From the NCBI GenBank assembly GCA_018675635.1, contig JABGXU010000008.1:2544-66543 (forward strand): a DNA stretch of 64,000 nucleotides, written 5' to 3'. The position numbers and the translations under genes are program-made. This document shows positions 50,767 to 62,562 of the stretch, one piece after another. Source of the DNA: Gammaproteobacteria bacterium. Lineage in GTDB: Bacteria > Pseudomonadota > Gammaproteobacteria > Poriferisulfidales > GCA-002705445. The notes under the pieces are model-generated. The model ran no database searches and was not told the DNA's origin. It was given only the letters and a program-made list of their open reading frames with translations. The stretch's first letter is position 1. Each line of letters starts with the position of its first letter.

Positions 50767-52338
50767 ATGGCGCTATCCACAAAAAGAAAGTTCTTTCAAA
50801 ATACAGCAATAGTATCAATATTTACTATGGTTTCTAGAATATTTGGATATATAAGAGACGCCGCTATATTTATTTTTATAAGCAATTCATATGGGGCTCT
50901 CGATGCTTTTTTTGTTGCATTTAGAATACCAAATTTTTTCAGAAGAATATTTGGTGAAGGAGCTCTATCTACAGCCTACATTCCTATATTAAGTGATTAT
51001 AAAAATAAAAAAAGCAAAGAAGAAACAAAAGATTTTATCGACAGTTCAATTACTACACTAACTTCATTACTCATCATAATTTCAATTATAGGAGTTTTGA
51101 TAGCCCCAATATTAATTTATATAATAGCTCCAGGTTTTGTTAATTCTGAATTTGGCCAAGATGAACTGTCTTCAGATTTACTTAGAATAACTTTCCCATA
51201 TATGTTGTTTATTTGCTTAACAGCAGTTGCAGGTAGCATACTTAATACATACGAAAATTTTTCTATTCCAGCTTTGACACCAGTTTTATTAAATATAATT
51301 CTTATAATCAGCGTAATATTTATTTCTCCATATTTTCAAGAACCTGTTTTTGTATTAGCGTGGGGACTGTTATTTGGTGGCCTAGTTCAATTGCTGTTTC
51401 AGTTATACCCTCTAATTAAAATGGGCTTATTTCCAAAATTTAAATTAAATAAAAATCACCCAGGCATATTAAAAATAAAAGTACTTATGTTGCCTGTAAT
51501 TTTTGGATCTTCTGTAACTCAAATAAATCTTGTATTCGATACAATCATCGCTTCTTTTTTAATCACTGGTAGCATAAGTTGGCTATACATGTCTGACAGA
51601 TTTATTGAACTTCCATTAGCGCTATTTGGAATATCTATTGCTACAGTTTTATTGCCAAAATTGTCTGAGTATTACGGAAAATCAGATTCTGACTCATATA
51701 ATAGTACTTTAAATTGGGGTTTAAAACTTGGAATTTTGATTTCTATACCAACAACCATAGGATTAATATTATTAGCAAAACCAATACTTATAACGCTTTT
51801 ACAATATAAAGAATTTACTCCACATGATGTCAATATGACTGCTCTTAGCCTCGTTACTTTTGCAGGTGGATTGCCTGCAATGATTGGCTCGAAAATCTTA
51901 ATATCTGGTTATTATGCTCGAAAAGATACTCGTTACCCAGTTAAGGCAGCATTAATAGCTGTAATATTTAATTTTGTACTAAATATATTATTTGTAGTTT
52001 ATTTAACTCATATCAAATTTGATGGTGTTCACGTAGGTTTAGCTATAGCAACCTCTATATCAGCATATATAAACTTTTTTCTGCTATTAAAAACCGCACT
52101 AAAAACTAAAATATTTATACTTGACCACAGTATTAAACAAGTATTTTATAAATCTACCATAGCATCAATTATTATGACTGTATTAATTCTTAGTTTTGAT
52201 TTAAATTCAATTACATGGTTAAACTGGACCTTATTAGAAAGAATAATTACTTTATTTTCAATTATTTTGATTGCAACCATTCAATATTTTATATTTTTGT
52301 TTATATTTAAAATTACTCCTAAAAATATCAATAATTAA
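50767..52338 (+). CDS. murJ: Lipid II flippase MurJ (MviN)
   Basis: 523 aa with 14 TM helices and the DAFFVAFRIPNFFRRIFGEGALS motif. Confidence 0.85.
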   Translation: MALSTKRKFFQNTAIVSIFTMVSRIFGYIRDAAIFIFISNSYGALDAFFVAFRIPNFFRRIFGEGALSTAYIPILSDYKNKKSKEETKDFIDSSITTLTSLLIIISIIGVLIAPILIYIIAPGFVNSEFGQDELSSDLLRITFPYMLFICLTAVAGSILNTYENFSIPALTPVLLNIILIISVIFISPYFQEPVFVLAWGLLFGGLVQLLFQLYPLIKMGLFPKFKLNKNHPGILKIKVLMLPVIFGSSVTQINLVFDTIIASFLITGSISWLYMSDRFIELPLALFGISIATVLLPKLSEYYGKSDSDSYNSTLNWGLKLGILISIPTTIGLILLAKPILITLLQYKEFTPHDVNMTALSLVTFAGGLPAMIGSKILISGYYARKDTRYPVKAALIAVIFNFVLNILFVVYLTHIKFDGVHVGLAIATSISAYINFFLLLKTALKTKIFILDHSIKQVFYKSTIASIIMTVLILSFDLNSITWLNWTLLERIITLFSIILIATIQYFIFLFIFKITPKNINN

Positions 52339-52341
52339 CTC

Positions 52342-53256
52342 ATGAACATAATAAAAGATATAAGTAAAAAATCATTAAATAATTCTATAACAGCAAGTAT
52401 TGGAGCCTTTGATGGAATACATATTGGGCATCAAAAAATTTTAGAAAACATTGTAAAAGAATCTTTACAAAATAACACAAAAAGTGCATTAATAACTTTT
52501 AATCCTATTCCAAAAATATATTTTTCAAAAAAAAATTTTGAAATTTTAACCATTAATAAAAAAATAAGTTTATTAAAAGACTATAATTTAGACTACCTAA
52601 TATTATTAAGATTTAATAAAAAATTAATATCTATGTCTTCTAAGGAATTTATTGAGGATTTGTTAATAAATAAAATAAACATAAAATCTTTAACTGTTGG
52701 TGATGACTTTAAATTTGGATTTAACCAATCTGGGAACATTAATAATTTAAGGGAATATTCTTCAAGAGGGATTTTTTCTCTAAAGGTTGAAGAGAAACAT
52801 CTACTTGAGGGCTCAAGAATTAGCAGTTCTTTAATAAGAGATGCTATTATTAAAAATAATTTTTCGTTGGCTTCAAAAATGCTTGGTAGGCCATACTCAA
52901 TATCTGGTAAGATAATGCATGGTGACAAAAGGGGTTCAAAAATAGGTTTCCCAACTGCTAACATTAAGTTAAAACCCAATATTTTGCTAGATGGCGTTTA
53001 TGCTGTATCAACTTATATTAATAATAAAGTATATTATGGGGTAGCTAATATAGGTTATAAACCAACATTTAACGGTAATAAATACCTTTTTGAAGCACAT
53101 ATTTTAGATTTTTCTAAAAATATATATGGGAAAAGACTAGAGTTTAATATTTTTTCTAAAATTAGAGATACAATAAAATTTAATGGTATTGATGAACTTA
53201 AAAAATATATAAACAATGACATTGATTCAGTAAAAATAATATTTAATATAAAATGA
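52342..53256 (+). CDS. ribF: Bifunctional riboflavin kinase/FMN adenylyltransferase
   Basis: GAFDGIHIGH and the C-terminal riboflavin-kinase motifs. Confidence 0.9.
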   Translation: MNIIKDISKKSLNNSITASIGAFDGIHIGHQKILENIVKESLQNNTKSALITFNPIPKIYFSKKNFEILTINKKISLLKDYNLDYLILLRFNKKLISMSSKEFIEDLLINKINIKSLTVGDDFKFGFNQSGNINNLREYSSRGIFSLKVEEKHLLEGSRISSSLIRDAIIKNNFSLASKMLGRPYSISGKIMHGDKRGSKIGFPTANIKLKPNILLDGVYAVSTYINNKVYYGVANIGYKPTFNGNKYLFEAHILDFSKNIYGKRLEFNIFSKIRDTIKFNGIDELKKYINNDIDSVKIIFNIK

Positions 53257-56051
53257 GCGATTATAAAGATACTTTAAATTTACCTAAAACAGAATTTCCC
53301 ATGAAAGGTAATTTGCCATTTAAAGAACCATTGATGCAAAAAAAATGGGATGATGATAATTTATATTATAACTTGCTAGAACTAAACAAGAATTCAAAAA
53401 AATTTATACTGCATGATGGTCCTCCATATGCGAATGGCGATATACATATTGGTCACGCTGTTAATAAAATTCTTAAAGATATAATTTTAAAATCTAAAAT
53501 ACTTTCTGGTTATAGTACTCCATTTATTCCTGGTTGGGATTGCCATGGTTTACCAATTGAGTTAGAGGTTGAAAAAAGAATCAATAAGAAAGAAAAAATT
53601 TCAGATAAAGATTTTAGAAAATTATGCAGAGAATATGCTCTTGAACAAGTCGAAAGACAAAAAAAGGACTTTAAAAGACTAGGAGTGTTTGGTGATTGGG
53701 AAAACCCATATTTAACTTCTGATAAACAATTTGAAGCATCGACATTAAAAGCTCTTGAGAAAATATATAATAATGGTCATTTAGAAAAAGGGTTTAAGCC
53801 AGTACATTGGTGTGTTAAATGCCAATCTGCTTTGGCTGAGGCTGAAGTTGAATATGATGAAAAAGAATCTATAGCAATTGATGTTAAATTTCATTTTATG
53901 ACAACTAATGAATTATCTAATATATTTAAGATTGGTGATATTAATAAAAAAACTTTTTTAGTAATTTGGACAACAACACCATGGACTCTTCCTTCTAATA
54001 GATCTGTTGCTGTAAATAGCAATTTTAATTATATTTTAATTTCTGACGGAATTGAAAACTTTATTATTGCAGAAGATTTATTTGAAAAATTTAATGAAAG
54101 AATAGGTAAAGAATTTAATGTAATCGCAACGTGTTCAGGGTTAGATCTTATTAATCAAAAAATAAAACATCCTTTTTTAGATTACATTATCAGTATAATT
54201 GATAGTGACCATGTTACTACTAATTCAGGTACTGGTTGTGTTCATATCGCCCCAGCTCATGGTTCTGATGATTTTATTTTAGCTAAAAAACATAAATTAG
54301 AAATTTTAAACCCAATCCTAAGTAATGGAATTTTTTCTGGGGAACCAAAAAAACTTGATGGAACACATGTTTACAAACTTGATGAGCCTGTTATACAAAT
54401 ATTGCTAGATAATAATTGTTTATTAAATAAAAATAAATTTAGACATTCTTATCCTCATTGCTGGAGACATAAAACACCTCTAATTTACAGAGCTACACCT
54501 CAATGGTTTATATCTATGAATAAAAATAATTTATTAAAAAATGCTATTAAAAAGACCTCTGAAGTTCAATGGATACCATCATGGGGTAAGGCTAGAATCC
54601 AAGGAATGCTTGCGGATAGGCCAGATTGGTGTATTTCTAGACAAAGAAAATGGGGAGTACCTATAACTTTATTAATAAATAAAAAAACTGGTGAGCCGCA
54701 TTCAAATACATCAATAATTTTTTCAAGGATTTGTATGCTAGTTGAAAAACATGGTATTGAAAAATGGTTTGATATAGATATATCAGAACTTATAGACAAC
54801 CCTGAGGAATACGAAAAAGTTCAAGATACATTAGATGTTTGGTTTGATTCAGGATCAACACATGCTGCCGTTTTAGAATCTTCGAATTCCCTAACTTTTC
54901 CTGCCGATTTATATTTAGAAGGGTCTGATCAACATAGAGGATGGTTCCAGTCATCTTTATTAACATCAATAGCAATTAGTAAATCTGTGCCTTATAAATC
55001 TGCAATGACACATGGATTTACAGTAGATGCTAAAGGTAACAAAATGTCAAAATCTAAAGGGAATGTAATTGCACCTCAAAAAATTATAGATAGATTAGGT
55101 TCTGACATTCTTAGATTATGGGTTGCATCTACTGATTCATCGTCAGAAATGAATGTATCAGATGAAATTTTAAATCGAACATCAGATAAATATAGAAAAA
55201 TAAGAAATACAATAAAATTTCTATTATCAAACATTAATGATTATGATCCAGAAAGTTTTTCCCAAAATGAGATTACTATAGAATTAGATAAATGGATTTT
55301 AAAAAGAGCTATTACTGTTCAAGACGAAATAAAAGAACTCTATAAAACTTATAATTTCCATGTATTAACACAATCTATTCACAGTTTTTGCGTAAATGAC
55401 TTGGGTGCTTTTTATTTAGATATTATTAAAGATAGGCAGTATACGTGTAAAGAAAAATCCCAAGAAAGATTATCAGCTCAACACGCAATGTATTGTATTA
55501 TAAAAATGCTATTACTATGGATTGCCCCAATTTGTCCACATACATCAGAAGAAGCTTGGGGATTTATCCCTAAAAATAAAGATAAATCTATCTTTTATAA
55601 CAATTGGCTTAATCTTAAAGAAGACCAAATTAATAAATGCGAAATTAGCGACGCTAGCTGGAATGAAATTTTAGAGATAAGAAAAATTGTATCTAAATCT
55701 TTAGAAGAAAAAAGAGAGGAAAATTTAATAGGATCTTCATTAGATGCTGAAACTATTATTCATTGTTCTGAAGATTTATTTAATATATTAAATGCAGTTG
55801 ATAAAGAATTAAAATTTATTTTTATTACTTCTAATGTAACAATTAACAAAATTGATTTAAACAAAATATCTGATTCTATTACTGTAAATGGTCATAAAGT
55901 TAAAGTAATAATAAATAATTCAAAATTTAAAAAATGCGCAAGATGCTGGCATAAATGTGAAACTGTTAGTACTCATAAAAAATATAAAGATATTTGCACT
56001 AGGTGTATTTCTAATGTTTACGGCTCAGGTGAAAAAAGAACTTATGCTTAA
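53253..56051 (+). CDS. ileS: Isoleucine--tRNA ligase
   Basis: HIGH ([12 protein letters not shown]), KMSKS, and the C-terminal zinc-finger cysteines. Confidence 0.95.
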   Translation: MSDYKDTLNLPKTEFPMKGNLPFKEPLMQKKWDDDNLYYNLLELNKNSKKFILHDGPPYANGDIHIGHAVNKILKDIILKSKILSGYSTPFIPGWDCHGLPIELEVEKRINKKEKISDKDFRKLCREYALEQVERQKKDFKRLGVFGDWENPYLTSDKQFEASTLKALEKIYNNGHLEKGFKPVHWCVKCQSALAEAEVEYDEKESIAIDVKFHFMTTNELSNIFKIGDINKKTFLVIWTTTPWTLPSNRSVAVNSNFNYILISDGIENFIIAEDLFEKFNERIGKEFNVIATCSGLDLINQKIKHPFLDYIISIIDSDHVTTNSGTGCVHIAPAHGSDDFILAKKHKLEILNPILSNGIFSGEPKKLDGTHVYKLDEPVIQILLDNNCLLNKNKFRHSYPHCWRHKTPLIYRATPQWFISMNKNNLLKNAIKKTSEVQWIPSWGKARIQGMLADRPDWCISRQRKWGVPITLLINKKTGEPHSNTSIIFSRICMLVEKHGIEKWFDIDISELIDNPEEYEKVQDTLDVWFDSGSTHAAVLESSNSLTFPADLYLEGSDQHRGWFQSSLLTSIAISKSVPYKSAMTHGFTVDAKGNKMSKSKGNVIAPQKIIDRLGSDILRLWVASTDSSSEMNVSDEILNRTSDKYRKIRNTIKFLLSNINDYDPESFSQNEITIELDKWILKRAITVQDEIKELYKTYNFHVLTQSIHSFCVNDLGAFYLDIIKDRQYTCKEKSQERLSAQHAMYCIIKMLLLWIAPICPHTSEEAWGFIPKNKDKSIFYNNWLNLKEDQINKCEISDASWNEILEIRKIVSKSLEEKREENLIGSSLDAETIIHCSEDLFNILNAVDKELKFIFITSNVTINKIDLNKISDSITVNGHKVKVIINNSKFKKCARCWHKCETVSTHKKYKDICTRCISNVYGSGEKRTYA

Positions 56052-56514
56052 AAAATATATAACTATATTTCTAATAATTCTTTCTTTTTTATTATTAGAC
56101 ATCGTTACAAAAGAATATGCTACAAGTAATTTAATATTAAGTTATCCAGTGCATATTAATGATTTTATGAATTTTTCCCTAGCATTTAACTATGGCGCAG
56201 CTTTTAGCTTTTTAAGCGAAGCTGGAGGATGGCAAAGATGGTTTTTTATTATATTTAGTATTTTTATAATATTAATTATTGGTTACTTAATCCTGTTTGA
56301 TAAGAATTCTGGCTATATAGCATTTAGTCTTATTTTATCAGGAGCGATAGGAAATCTTTACGACAGAATAACTCTTGGATACGTCATTGATTTTATAGAA
56401 TTACATTATAAAAACTTTTATTGGCCTATATTTAATGTTGCTGATATTGCAATTACTATAGGTGTTATATTATTATTATATTCAGCAACATTAAAAAATA
56501 ATAAAATTATATGA
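56044..56514 (+). CDS. lspA: Lipoprotein signal peptidase II
   Basis: The ATG at 56044 overlaps the ileS stop. The motifs NxGAAFSF and FNVAD are present. Confidence 0.85.
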   Translation: MLKKYITIFLIILSFLLLDIVTKEYATSNLILSYPVHINDFMNFSLAFNYGAAFSFLSEAGGWQRWFFIIFSIFIILIIGYLILFDKNSGYIAFSLILSGAIGNLYDRITLGYVIDFIELHYKNFYWPIFNVADIAITIGVILLLYSATLKNNKII

Positions 56515-57443
56515 ATATAATTCTAGCAAACCCAAGAGGATTTTGTGCAGGTGTGGATAGAGCTATAGAAATTACTAATAAAGCACTAGATATGTTTGGC
56601 GCGCCTATTTATGTAAAACATGAAATTGTTCATAATAAATATGTAGTAGATGAATTAAAAGAAAAAGGTGTAATTTTTATAGAAGACGTAAAAAAAGTAC
56701 CTAGTCACTCAATTCTAATCTACAGCGCACATGGTGTTTCAGAAGAAGTAATAAAGCTCTCGAAAGAAAATAATTTAAAAGTTTTTAATGCAACGTGCCC
56801 ATTAGTAACAAAAGTTCATATGGAAGTTTATAAATTAGCCGCTAAAAATATTAATACTATTTTAATAGGTCATAAGGGGCATCCTGAAGTGGAAGGAACT
56901 TTAGGTAGATATAATTCTAATTCAGGATCAAAAATAACCTTAATTGAAAACACAAAAGATTTAGACAGATTAAATTTTGATGAAGATGAAGAAATAGCAT
57001 ATGTTACTCAAACAACACTATCAATAGATGATACTAAAAATATTATAGAGACTATCAAAGCTAAATATAAAAATGTTATAGAGCCAGTAAAAGGTGATAT
57101 TTGTTACGCTACTCAAAATAGACAAAATGCTGTGAAAGAATTAACTAAAACATGCGATATAATTTTTGTTGTAGGATCAGAAAATAGCTCAAACTCTAAT
57201 AGGCTAAAAGAAATATCTACTCGAGCAGGCGTCCCTTCGTATTTAATTGATGGAGCAGATGATTTAGATATTGTATGGGTATCAAATAAAAAGAATATCG
57301 GATTAACTGCAGGGGCTTCCGCCCCTGAAATTCTTATTCAAACAATAATTAATAAACTTAAAAGTTTTGGGGCTTTAAAAGTTATAGAGTCTGATGGTGT
57401 AAAAGAAGATATAATATTTAAAATACCTAAAGAATTAAATTAA
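56511..57443 (+). CDS. ispH: 4-hydroxy-3-methylbut-2-enyl diphosphate reductase
   Basis: [13 protein letters not shown] with the three conserved Cys ligands. Confidence 0.9.
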   Translation: MNIILANPRGFCAGVDRAIEITNKALDMFGAPIYVKHEIVHNKYVVDELKEKGVIFIEDVKKVPSHSILIYSAHGVSEEVIKLSKENNLKVFNATCPLVTKVHMEVYKLAAKNINTILIGHKGHPEVEGTLGRYNSNSGSKITLIENTKDLDRLNFDEDEEIAYVTQTTLSIDDTKNIIETIKAKYKNVIEPVKGDICYATQNRQNAVKELTKTCDIIFVVGSENSSNSNRLKEISTRAGVPSYLIDGADDLDIVWVSNKKNIGLTAGASAPEILIQTIINKLKSFGALKVIESDGVKEDIIFKIPKELN

Positions 57444-57445
57444 AC

Positions 57446-57523
57446 TCATTGAACAGCAAAGTAAACTGTTAAAACACAAACTATAATTCCTATAGCTAAA
57501 GCTGTAATTCTAAATAAGTCCAT
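57446..57523 (-). CDS. Candidate 25-aa hydrophobic peptide (MDLFRITALAIGIIVCVLTVYFAVQ)
   Basis: The ATG is preceded by GGAG 4 nt upstream. A single TM helix. It is convergent with ispH. Confidence 0.3.
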   Translation of the reverse strand: MDLFRITALAIGIIVCVLTVYFAVQ

Positions 57524-57668
57524 AATGATCTCCGTTTTTTTAAACTATTTTGCCATAAAAAAGGTTTTTTTAAAATAAATTTTAAACCTGTGGCTAGAAT
57601 TGAACTTATAACCTCTTCATTATACGTGAATTGCCCTACCAAATGAGTTATATAGGATAAAAAATTAT

Positions 57669-58670
57669 TTACTTTATTATATCTTTTACAATTTTAGCTG
57701 ATGCTATAGCTGTGAGAATACCATATCGAAAATGGCCAAAATTAAAAATAATCCTTTTATTATCAGGATGCTCCTCAATATAAGGTTGGTCTAAATATGA
57801 ATACGGTCTAAATCCAAAAGTTTGCTTACTCTCCTTTAATTCCACCTCTGAAGAAAATATTTCTGATATAGCTTTTTGTAAATAATGTTTAGCGTTAATA
57901 GTAATTTCATCATTAAAACCAACATCTTCTAATGTAGATCCTACAACTAAATTATTATTACTTCTAGGAATAATATAATAATTGTTATAAATTAATACAT
58001 TATCTATAGTTTTTTTCTTAGCTTTATAATGTAATAATTGTCCCTTAATCGGCTTAATATTAATATTTTTATTTAGATTCAAAATTTCTTTACTCCAAAC
58101 CCCTGCAGTAACAATAATATAATCAAATTTATTATTATCGCCCTCAAAATAAGACATTAAATCAACAACTGTTTCCTTTTTAAATATTACTCCTGAGTTC
58201 AATAATCTCGTTTTATAAAATTTAACTAAAGAATTTGGATTAATAATGTTTATATCTTTTATAAGTAAATAATTTTTATGAGTATTTTTAATATTTTTTT
58301 CAATAAAATACAATTTTTTTTCACAATAATTAGATTTTATATTTTTATTTTTCGCATACCATTTTTTAGCTAATGATAGTTTATCACCAAATATTATTAA
58401 GTTTTTTTTAGAATAATTAATTTCAAGTTTCTCACTATCTGTTAGTTTTTTAAAAAAATTATTGTATTCATTATGTCCAGAAAGACATAATTCTTGCATA
58501 TATTTTGAATTTTCCCACGGGCTTAGTGGAAATAATATTCCTCCTGCAGATTTTGTCGCTTGACCGGGTTTTTCATCATCAATAATTGTTATGTCAAAAC
58601 CATTTTTTTTTAATTCATAGGCTGTTGATAAGCCTACTATCCCGGAACCAATTATTAAACATCTAGCCAT
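57669..58670 (-). CDS. FAD-dependent oxidoreductase (glycine oxidase ThiO / DAO-like)
   Basis: N-terminal Rossmann IIGSGIVGLSTAYEL and the DAO-family length. Confidence 0.6.
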   Translation of the reverse strand: MARCLIIGSGIVGLSTAYELKKNGFDITIIDDEKPGQATKSAGGILFPLSPWENSKYMQELCLSGHNEYNNFFKKLTDSEKLEINYSKKNLIIFGDKLSLAKKWYAKNKNIKSNYCEKKLYFIEKNIKNTHKNYLLIKDINIINPNSLVKFYKTRLLNSGVIFKKETVVDLMSYFEGDNNKFDYIIVTAGVWSKEILNLNKNINIKPIKGQLLHYKAKKKTIDNVLIYNNYYIIPRSNNNLVVGSTLEDVGFNDEITINAKHYLQKAISEIFSSEVELKESKQTFGFRPYSYLDQPYIEEHPDNKRIIFNFGHFRYGILTAIASAKIVKDIIK

Positions 58671-59526
58671 TTTTTTTAAACAATGTTCCTATTCCTTCAT
58701 TTGTAAAAATCTCTAATAGAACAGAATGCTGGATCCTTCCGTCTACAATATGTGCCATATTAACGTTATTTTTTATGGCATTTAAGCATGCTAATGTCTT
58801 GGGTAGCATGCCTCCTGTTATTACTTCATCATCAATTAGTTTTTTAATCTCACTAAAATTTAATGTAGATATTAATTCTTCTTTTTTATTTAAAACACCT
58901 GCTTGATCTGTTAAAAATATTAATTTCTCAGCTGATAATTGTGAAGCTATATTACTTGCAGCATTATCAGCATTAATGTTATATATATTTAAATCATTAT
59001 CAAAGCCAATAGGAGCTATTACTGGTATATAATTTGAATTCATTAATTCATAAATATAATTAGTATCAATATCAGTTATTTCTCCTACATAGCCATACTC
59101 AGCTTTCTTAGAAATATATTTTTTAACTCTTATAACATTGTTATTTTCTTTAGCAACACCAATTGCATTTGCTCCATTTTTGTTTATTAAATCTACAATT
59201 TCATTATTTACTATATTTGTTAGTGTATCTGAAACAATTTCTATAGTTTTTTTATCTGTGACTCTAATCCCATCTACAAAATTTCTCTTAATACCAACTT
59301 TTTTAAGTTCCTCGTCAATTTGTGGGCCACCCCCATGCACAACAATTACATTAATCCCAACTTGTTTCATTAATGCTATGTCTCTAGCAAAACTATACTT
59401 TAAATTTTTTTCAATCATTGCTGATCCACCATATTTTACAACACAAATCTTTTTTGAAAATTTCTGTATAAATGGCAGTGCTTCTGTTAAAATTTTTATT
59501 ACTTGTTCAGCTTTATTCTTTTCCAT
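58663..59526 (-). CDS. argB: Acetylglutamate kinase
   Basis: Amino-acid kinase fold. KYGGSAM and VVHGGGPQI motifs. Confidence 0.9.
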   Translation of the reverse strand: MEKNKAEQVIKILTEALPFIQKFSKKICVVKYGGSAMIEKNLKYSFARDIALMKQVGINVIVVHGGGPQIDEELKKVGIKRNFVDGIRVTDKKTIEIVSDTLTNIVNNEIVDLINKNGANAIGVAKENNNVIRVKKYISKKAEYGYVGEITDIDTNYIYELMNSNYIPVIAPIGFDNDLNIYNINADNAASNIASQLSAEKLIFLTDQAGVLNKKEELISTLNFSEIKKLIDDEVITGGMLPKTLACLNAIKNNVNMAHIVDGRIQHSVLLEIFTNEGIGTLFKKNG

Positions 59527-60901
59527 TTGGTATCTCTAAGGTTGAATCTATTTTGGATATTTCTTCTCTAAATTTTTCTTGTATTCTATATAGCTCTGTT
59601 TCCGTTTTTGCTTCAAATCTCATAACAAGACAGGGCATTGTATTAGAAGCTCTAATTAAACCCCAGCCATTTTCATAATCTACTCTTAAACCATCTATTT
59701 TAGACATTGTAGCATTAGAGAATTTTGCATTATTAACAAATTTTTTCATAAAATCATGTTGAGCTCCATCTTTATTAACAAAAATATTTAATTCATGAGT
59801 AGAGCAAAGAGAAGGTAAACTACTAAATAGCTCGCTACTTGAAAGATTCTGGTTTGAAATTATCTCTAGCATTCTTGCACCAGTATATATTCCGTCATCA
59901 AAACCATACCATCTCTCTTTAAAAAATATATGACCTGACATTTCACCTCCAAGTATAGCGTCTATTTCCTTCATCTTCTTTTTTATAAATGAATGACCTG
60001 TTCTACACATTACAGGGATACCATTATTTTTCTTAATATAATCTGGTAAAAGTTTAGTAGATTTAACATCAAAAACAATTTTAGAATTTTTATTTCTTGA
60101 TAGAACATCAGATGAATAAAGCATCATTTGTCTATCTGGCCACAATATATTTCCTAAATTATCAATTATTATGCACCTATCTCCATCTCCGTCAAATGCA
60201 ATACCTAAATCACATTTATTGGATATAACGATCTCAATTAAATCATTTAAATTTTTAGGATCATTTGGATTAGGGGGGTGATTTGGAAAGTTACCATCAA
60301 TATCGCAATATAAATTTATTACATCACAACCCAAATTTTTATAAACATTAAGAGCTTGAGGCCCTGCTACACCATTGCCAGCGTCAATAGCAATTTTTAA
60401 TTTTTTTTTAATTTTTATATCACCACATATTCTTTCTATATATTTATCATTAATTTTTAAATTTTCTAAAGTTCCTAGATTTTTACTTTTTAAAAACTTA
60501 TTAGAAACTATATGTTTATATATATTTTGTATTTCTTCTCCAGCAAGGGAATGGCCATCCATAATAATTTTTAAACCATTATAATTTTTTGGATTATGAC
60601 TACCAGTAACTATAATTCCAGAAGTTAATTTAAAAAAATTAACAGCAAAGTACATTATCGGTGTTGGAACTACACCTATATCTATAACATCTTTTCCAGA
60701 TTTTAAAAAACCATTTATTAAAGACTTTGATAATGCTAAGCTTGATAATCTTCCGTCTCTTCCTACTATTATTTTTTTATTATTTTTATTATATATTTTA
60801 CAAAGTGCCTCAGCTATTAAGTGCACAGAATCAAGAGTTAATTGACTGTCATAAATTCCTCTTACATCGTAAGCTTTAAAAATATCTTTAGAAATATTCA
60901 T
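59513..60901 (-). CDS. algC: Phosphomannomutase/phosphoglucomutase (AlgC/ManB family)
   Basis: Active-site TGSHNP, Mg-binding DGDGDR, and the sugar-binding GEMSGH. Confidence 0.85.
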   Translation of the reverse strand: MNISKDIFKAYDVRGIYDSQLTLDSVHLIAEALCKIYNKNNKKIIVGRDGRLSSLALSKSLINGFLKSGKDVIDIGVVPTPIMYFAVNFFKLTSGIIVTGSHNPKNYNGLKIIMDGHSLAGEEIQNIYKHIVSNKFLKSKNLGTLENLKINDKYIERICGDIKIKKKLKIAIDAGNGVAGPQALNVYKNLGCDVINLYCDIDGNFPNHPPNPNDPKNLNDLIEIVISNKCDLGIAFDGDGDRCIIIDNLGNILWPDRQMMLYSSDVLSRNKNSKIVFDVKSTKLLPDYIKKNNGIPVMCRTGHSFIKKKMKEIDAILGGEMSGHIFFKERWYGFDDGIYTGARMLEIISNQNLSSSELFSSLPSLCSTHELNIFVNKDGAQHDFMKKFVNNAKFSNATMSKIDGLRVDYENGWGLIRASNTMPCLVMRFEAKTETELYRIQEKFREEISKIDSTLEIPNGKE

Positions 60902-60903
60902 TA

Positions 60904-61362
60904 TTAATTTTTTCCGCTATGACCAAAACCACCGGAAGATCTTTCTGTTATTTCAAAATCGTCTACAAAATTATATTCAATGTTTATTACAGGTATTAAT
61001 AAGAATTGAGCAATCCTATCACCAGGGTTAATTAAAAATTTATTTTCACTATTGTTAAACAATGAAACCATAAGCTCACCTTGATAATCTGAATCTATTA
61101 GGCCAACAGAATTTCCTAAAATTATTCCATGCTTGTGGCCTAATCCTGACCTTGGCAAAATTATGCCAGCATAGTCATTATCCTCTATATAAAAAGCTAT
61201 ACCTGTAGGAATTAAGGTAGTATTTCTAGGTAACAATTCTATACTATTATCTATACACGCTCTTATATCCATAGCTGCAGAGCCATCTGTAGCGTACGTT
61301 GGCATAGGTATGTCCAATCCAATTTTTGAATTTAATATTTTTACTTGTACTTTCTTTGCCAT
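60904..61362 (-). CDS. dut: dUTP diphosphatase
   Basis: 152 aa with the [10 protein letters not shown] motif. Confidence 0.9.
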   Translation of the reverse strand: MAKKVQVKILNSKIGLDIPMPTYATDGSAAMDIRACIDNSIELLPRNTTLIPTGIAFYIEDNDYAGIILPRSGLGHKHGIILGNSVGLIDSDYQGELMVSLFNNSENKFLINPGDRIAQFLLIPVINIEYNFVDDFEITERSSGGFGHSGKN

Positions 61363-61377
61363 ACTTCACGCCTCAGT

Positions 61378-62562
61378 TTAATTATAAATCTTTGAAATCT
61401 CTTCAACAAATTCTAATGCTAGGTCCTTCTTGTTTTTTAATTCTAGTGTTTTTTCTAAACCTTCTCCCCAATACAATGTAATTGAATTATTTTCATTATC
61501 AATGCCTTCGGATAAACTTACTTTGTTAGCTGCTATTATTGAAATACCTTTATTTTTTAATTTTTTTATAGCATTTGATTTTAAATCATTAGTTTCAGCT
61601 GCAAAACCTATTGTAAATACTTTGTAATTTTTTGCTATTGTCTTCAAAATGTCTACATTTTTTTTTAATTCTAATGTTAATTTATCATTACTTTTTATTT
61701 TTTTATCAGCTCTATCTCTTGCAGTAAAATCAGAAACTGCTGCAACAGAAACAAATATATCGCAACCCTTTATGTTATTCTCTACTGCATTTAACATTTC
61801 CTCCCCGCTTTTTATATTTATGCAAAAAATATTTTCATTTTGCATATATTTACATGGTCCCTTTACAAGCACAACATTAGCTCCTTGGTCATAAAATGCA
61901 TTTGCAATTTCACACCCCATCATTCCTGAACTTCTATTTGATAAATATCTTACTGGGTCTATAAGTTCTATTGTCGGCCCTGCTGTAATTATTATTTTTT
62001 TATTTTTAAAAAATTTTTTAGGCTTATGCATTAGCTTTTCTAGATCATTAAATATATCTTCGGGCTCCTTCATCCTTCCTGATCCTACGTCTCCACAAGC
62101 TTGGCTACCATATTCTGGTCCTAAAAATATTATTCCTCTTTTTTTTAATATTTTATAATTATCTTGTGTAGCTTTATTCGCCCACATATTTTTATTCATA
62201 CTTGGGGCTAAAGCAATTTTTTTATTAAATGCAAGACATACTGTAGACAGCATATCGTCAGCTCTACCATGCAATATTTTTGACATAAATTCTGCTGTAG
62301 TTGGAGCAACTAAAATAATGTCAGCCCATTTTGCTATATCAATATGTAACATTGGTTTATTTTTATCTACAGAGTTATATAAAAATACTTTTTCATTTGT
62401 TAAGGCTTCAAATGTTAAGGGCGTAATAAAGTCCTCTGCTGTTCTGGTCATAATTACTTTTACCAAATAATCACTTTTTACAAGTAATCTAGCTATTTCA
62501 GCAGATTTATATGCAGCAATCCCGCCCGTTATACCAAGCAATACTTTAGTTTTTTTATTCAT
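61378..62562 (-). CDS. coaBC: Bifunctional phosphopantothenoylcysteine decarboxylase / phosphopantothenate--cysteine ligase
   Basis: LLGITGGIAAYKS flavoprotein N-terminus. The ATG at 62562 forms an ATGA overlap with the bioF stop. Confidence 0.9.
   Translation of the reverse strand: MNKKTKVLLGITGGIAAYKSAEIARLLVKSDYLVKVIMTRTAEDFITPLTFEALTNEKVFLYNSVDKNKPMLHIDIAKWADIILVAPTTAEFMSKILHGRADDMLSTVCLAFNKKIALAPSMNKNMWANKATQDNYKILKKRGIIFLGPEYGSQACGDVGSGRMKEPEDIFNDLEKLMHKPKKFFKNKKIIITAGPTIELIDPVRYLSNRSSGMMGCEIANAFYDQGANVVLVKGPCKYMQNENIFCINIKSGEEMLNAVENNIKGCDIFVSVAAVSDFTARDRADKKIKSNDKLTLELKKNVDILKTIAKNYKVFTIGFAAETNDLKSNAIKKLKNKGISIIAANKVSLSEGIDNENNSITLYWGEGLEKTLELKNKKDLALEFVEEISKIYN

Noticed and set aside
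57585-57660. tRNA-like segment (…GGTTATAAGTTCAATTCTAGCCACAGG on the minus strand, with a T-loop-like GTTCAATTC)
   Set aside because: No orientation or register gave a paired T-stem or acceptor stem. The 3' end is not followed by a plausible acceptor or discriminator. It is probably a decayed fragment or chance.
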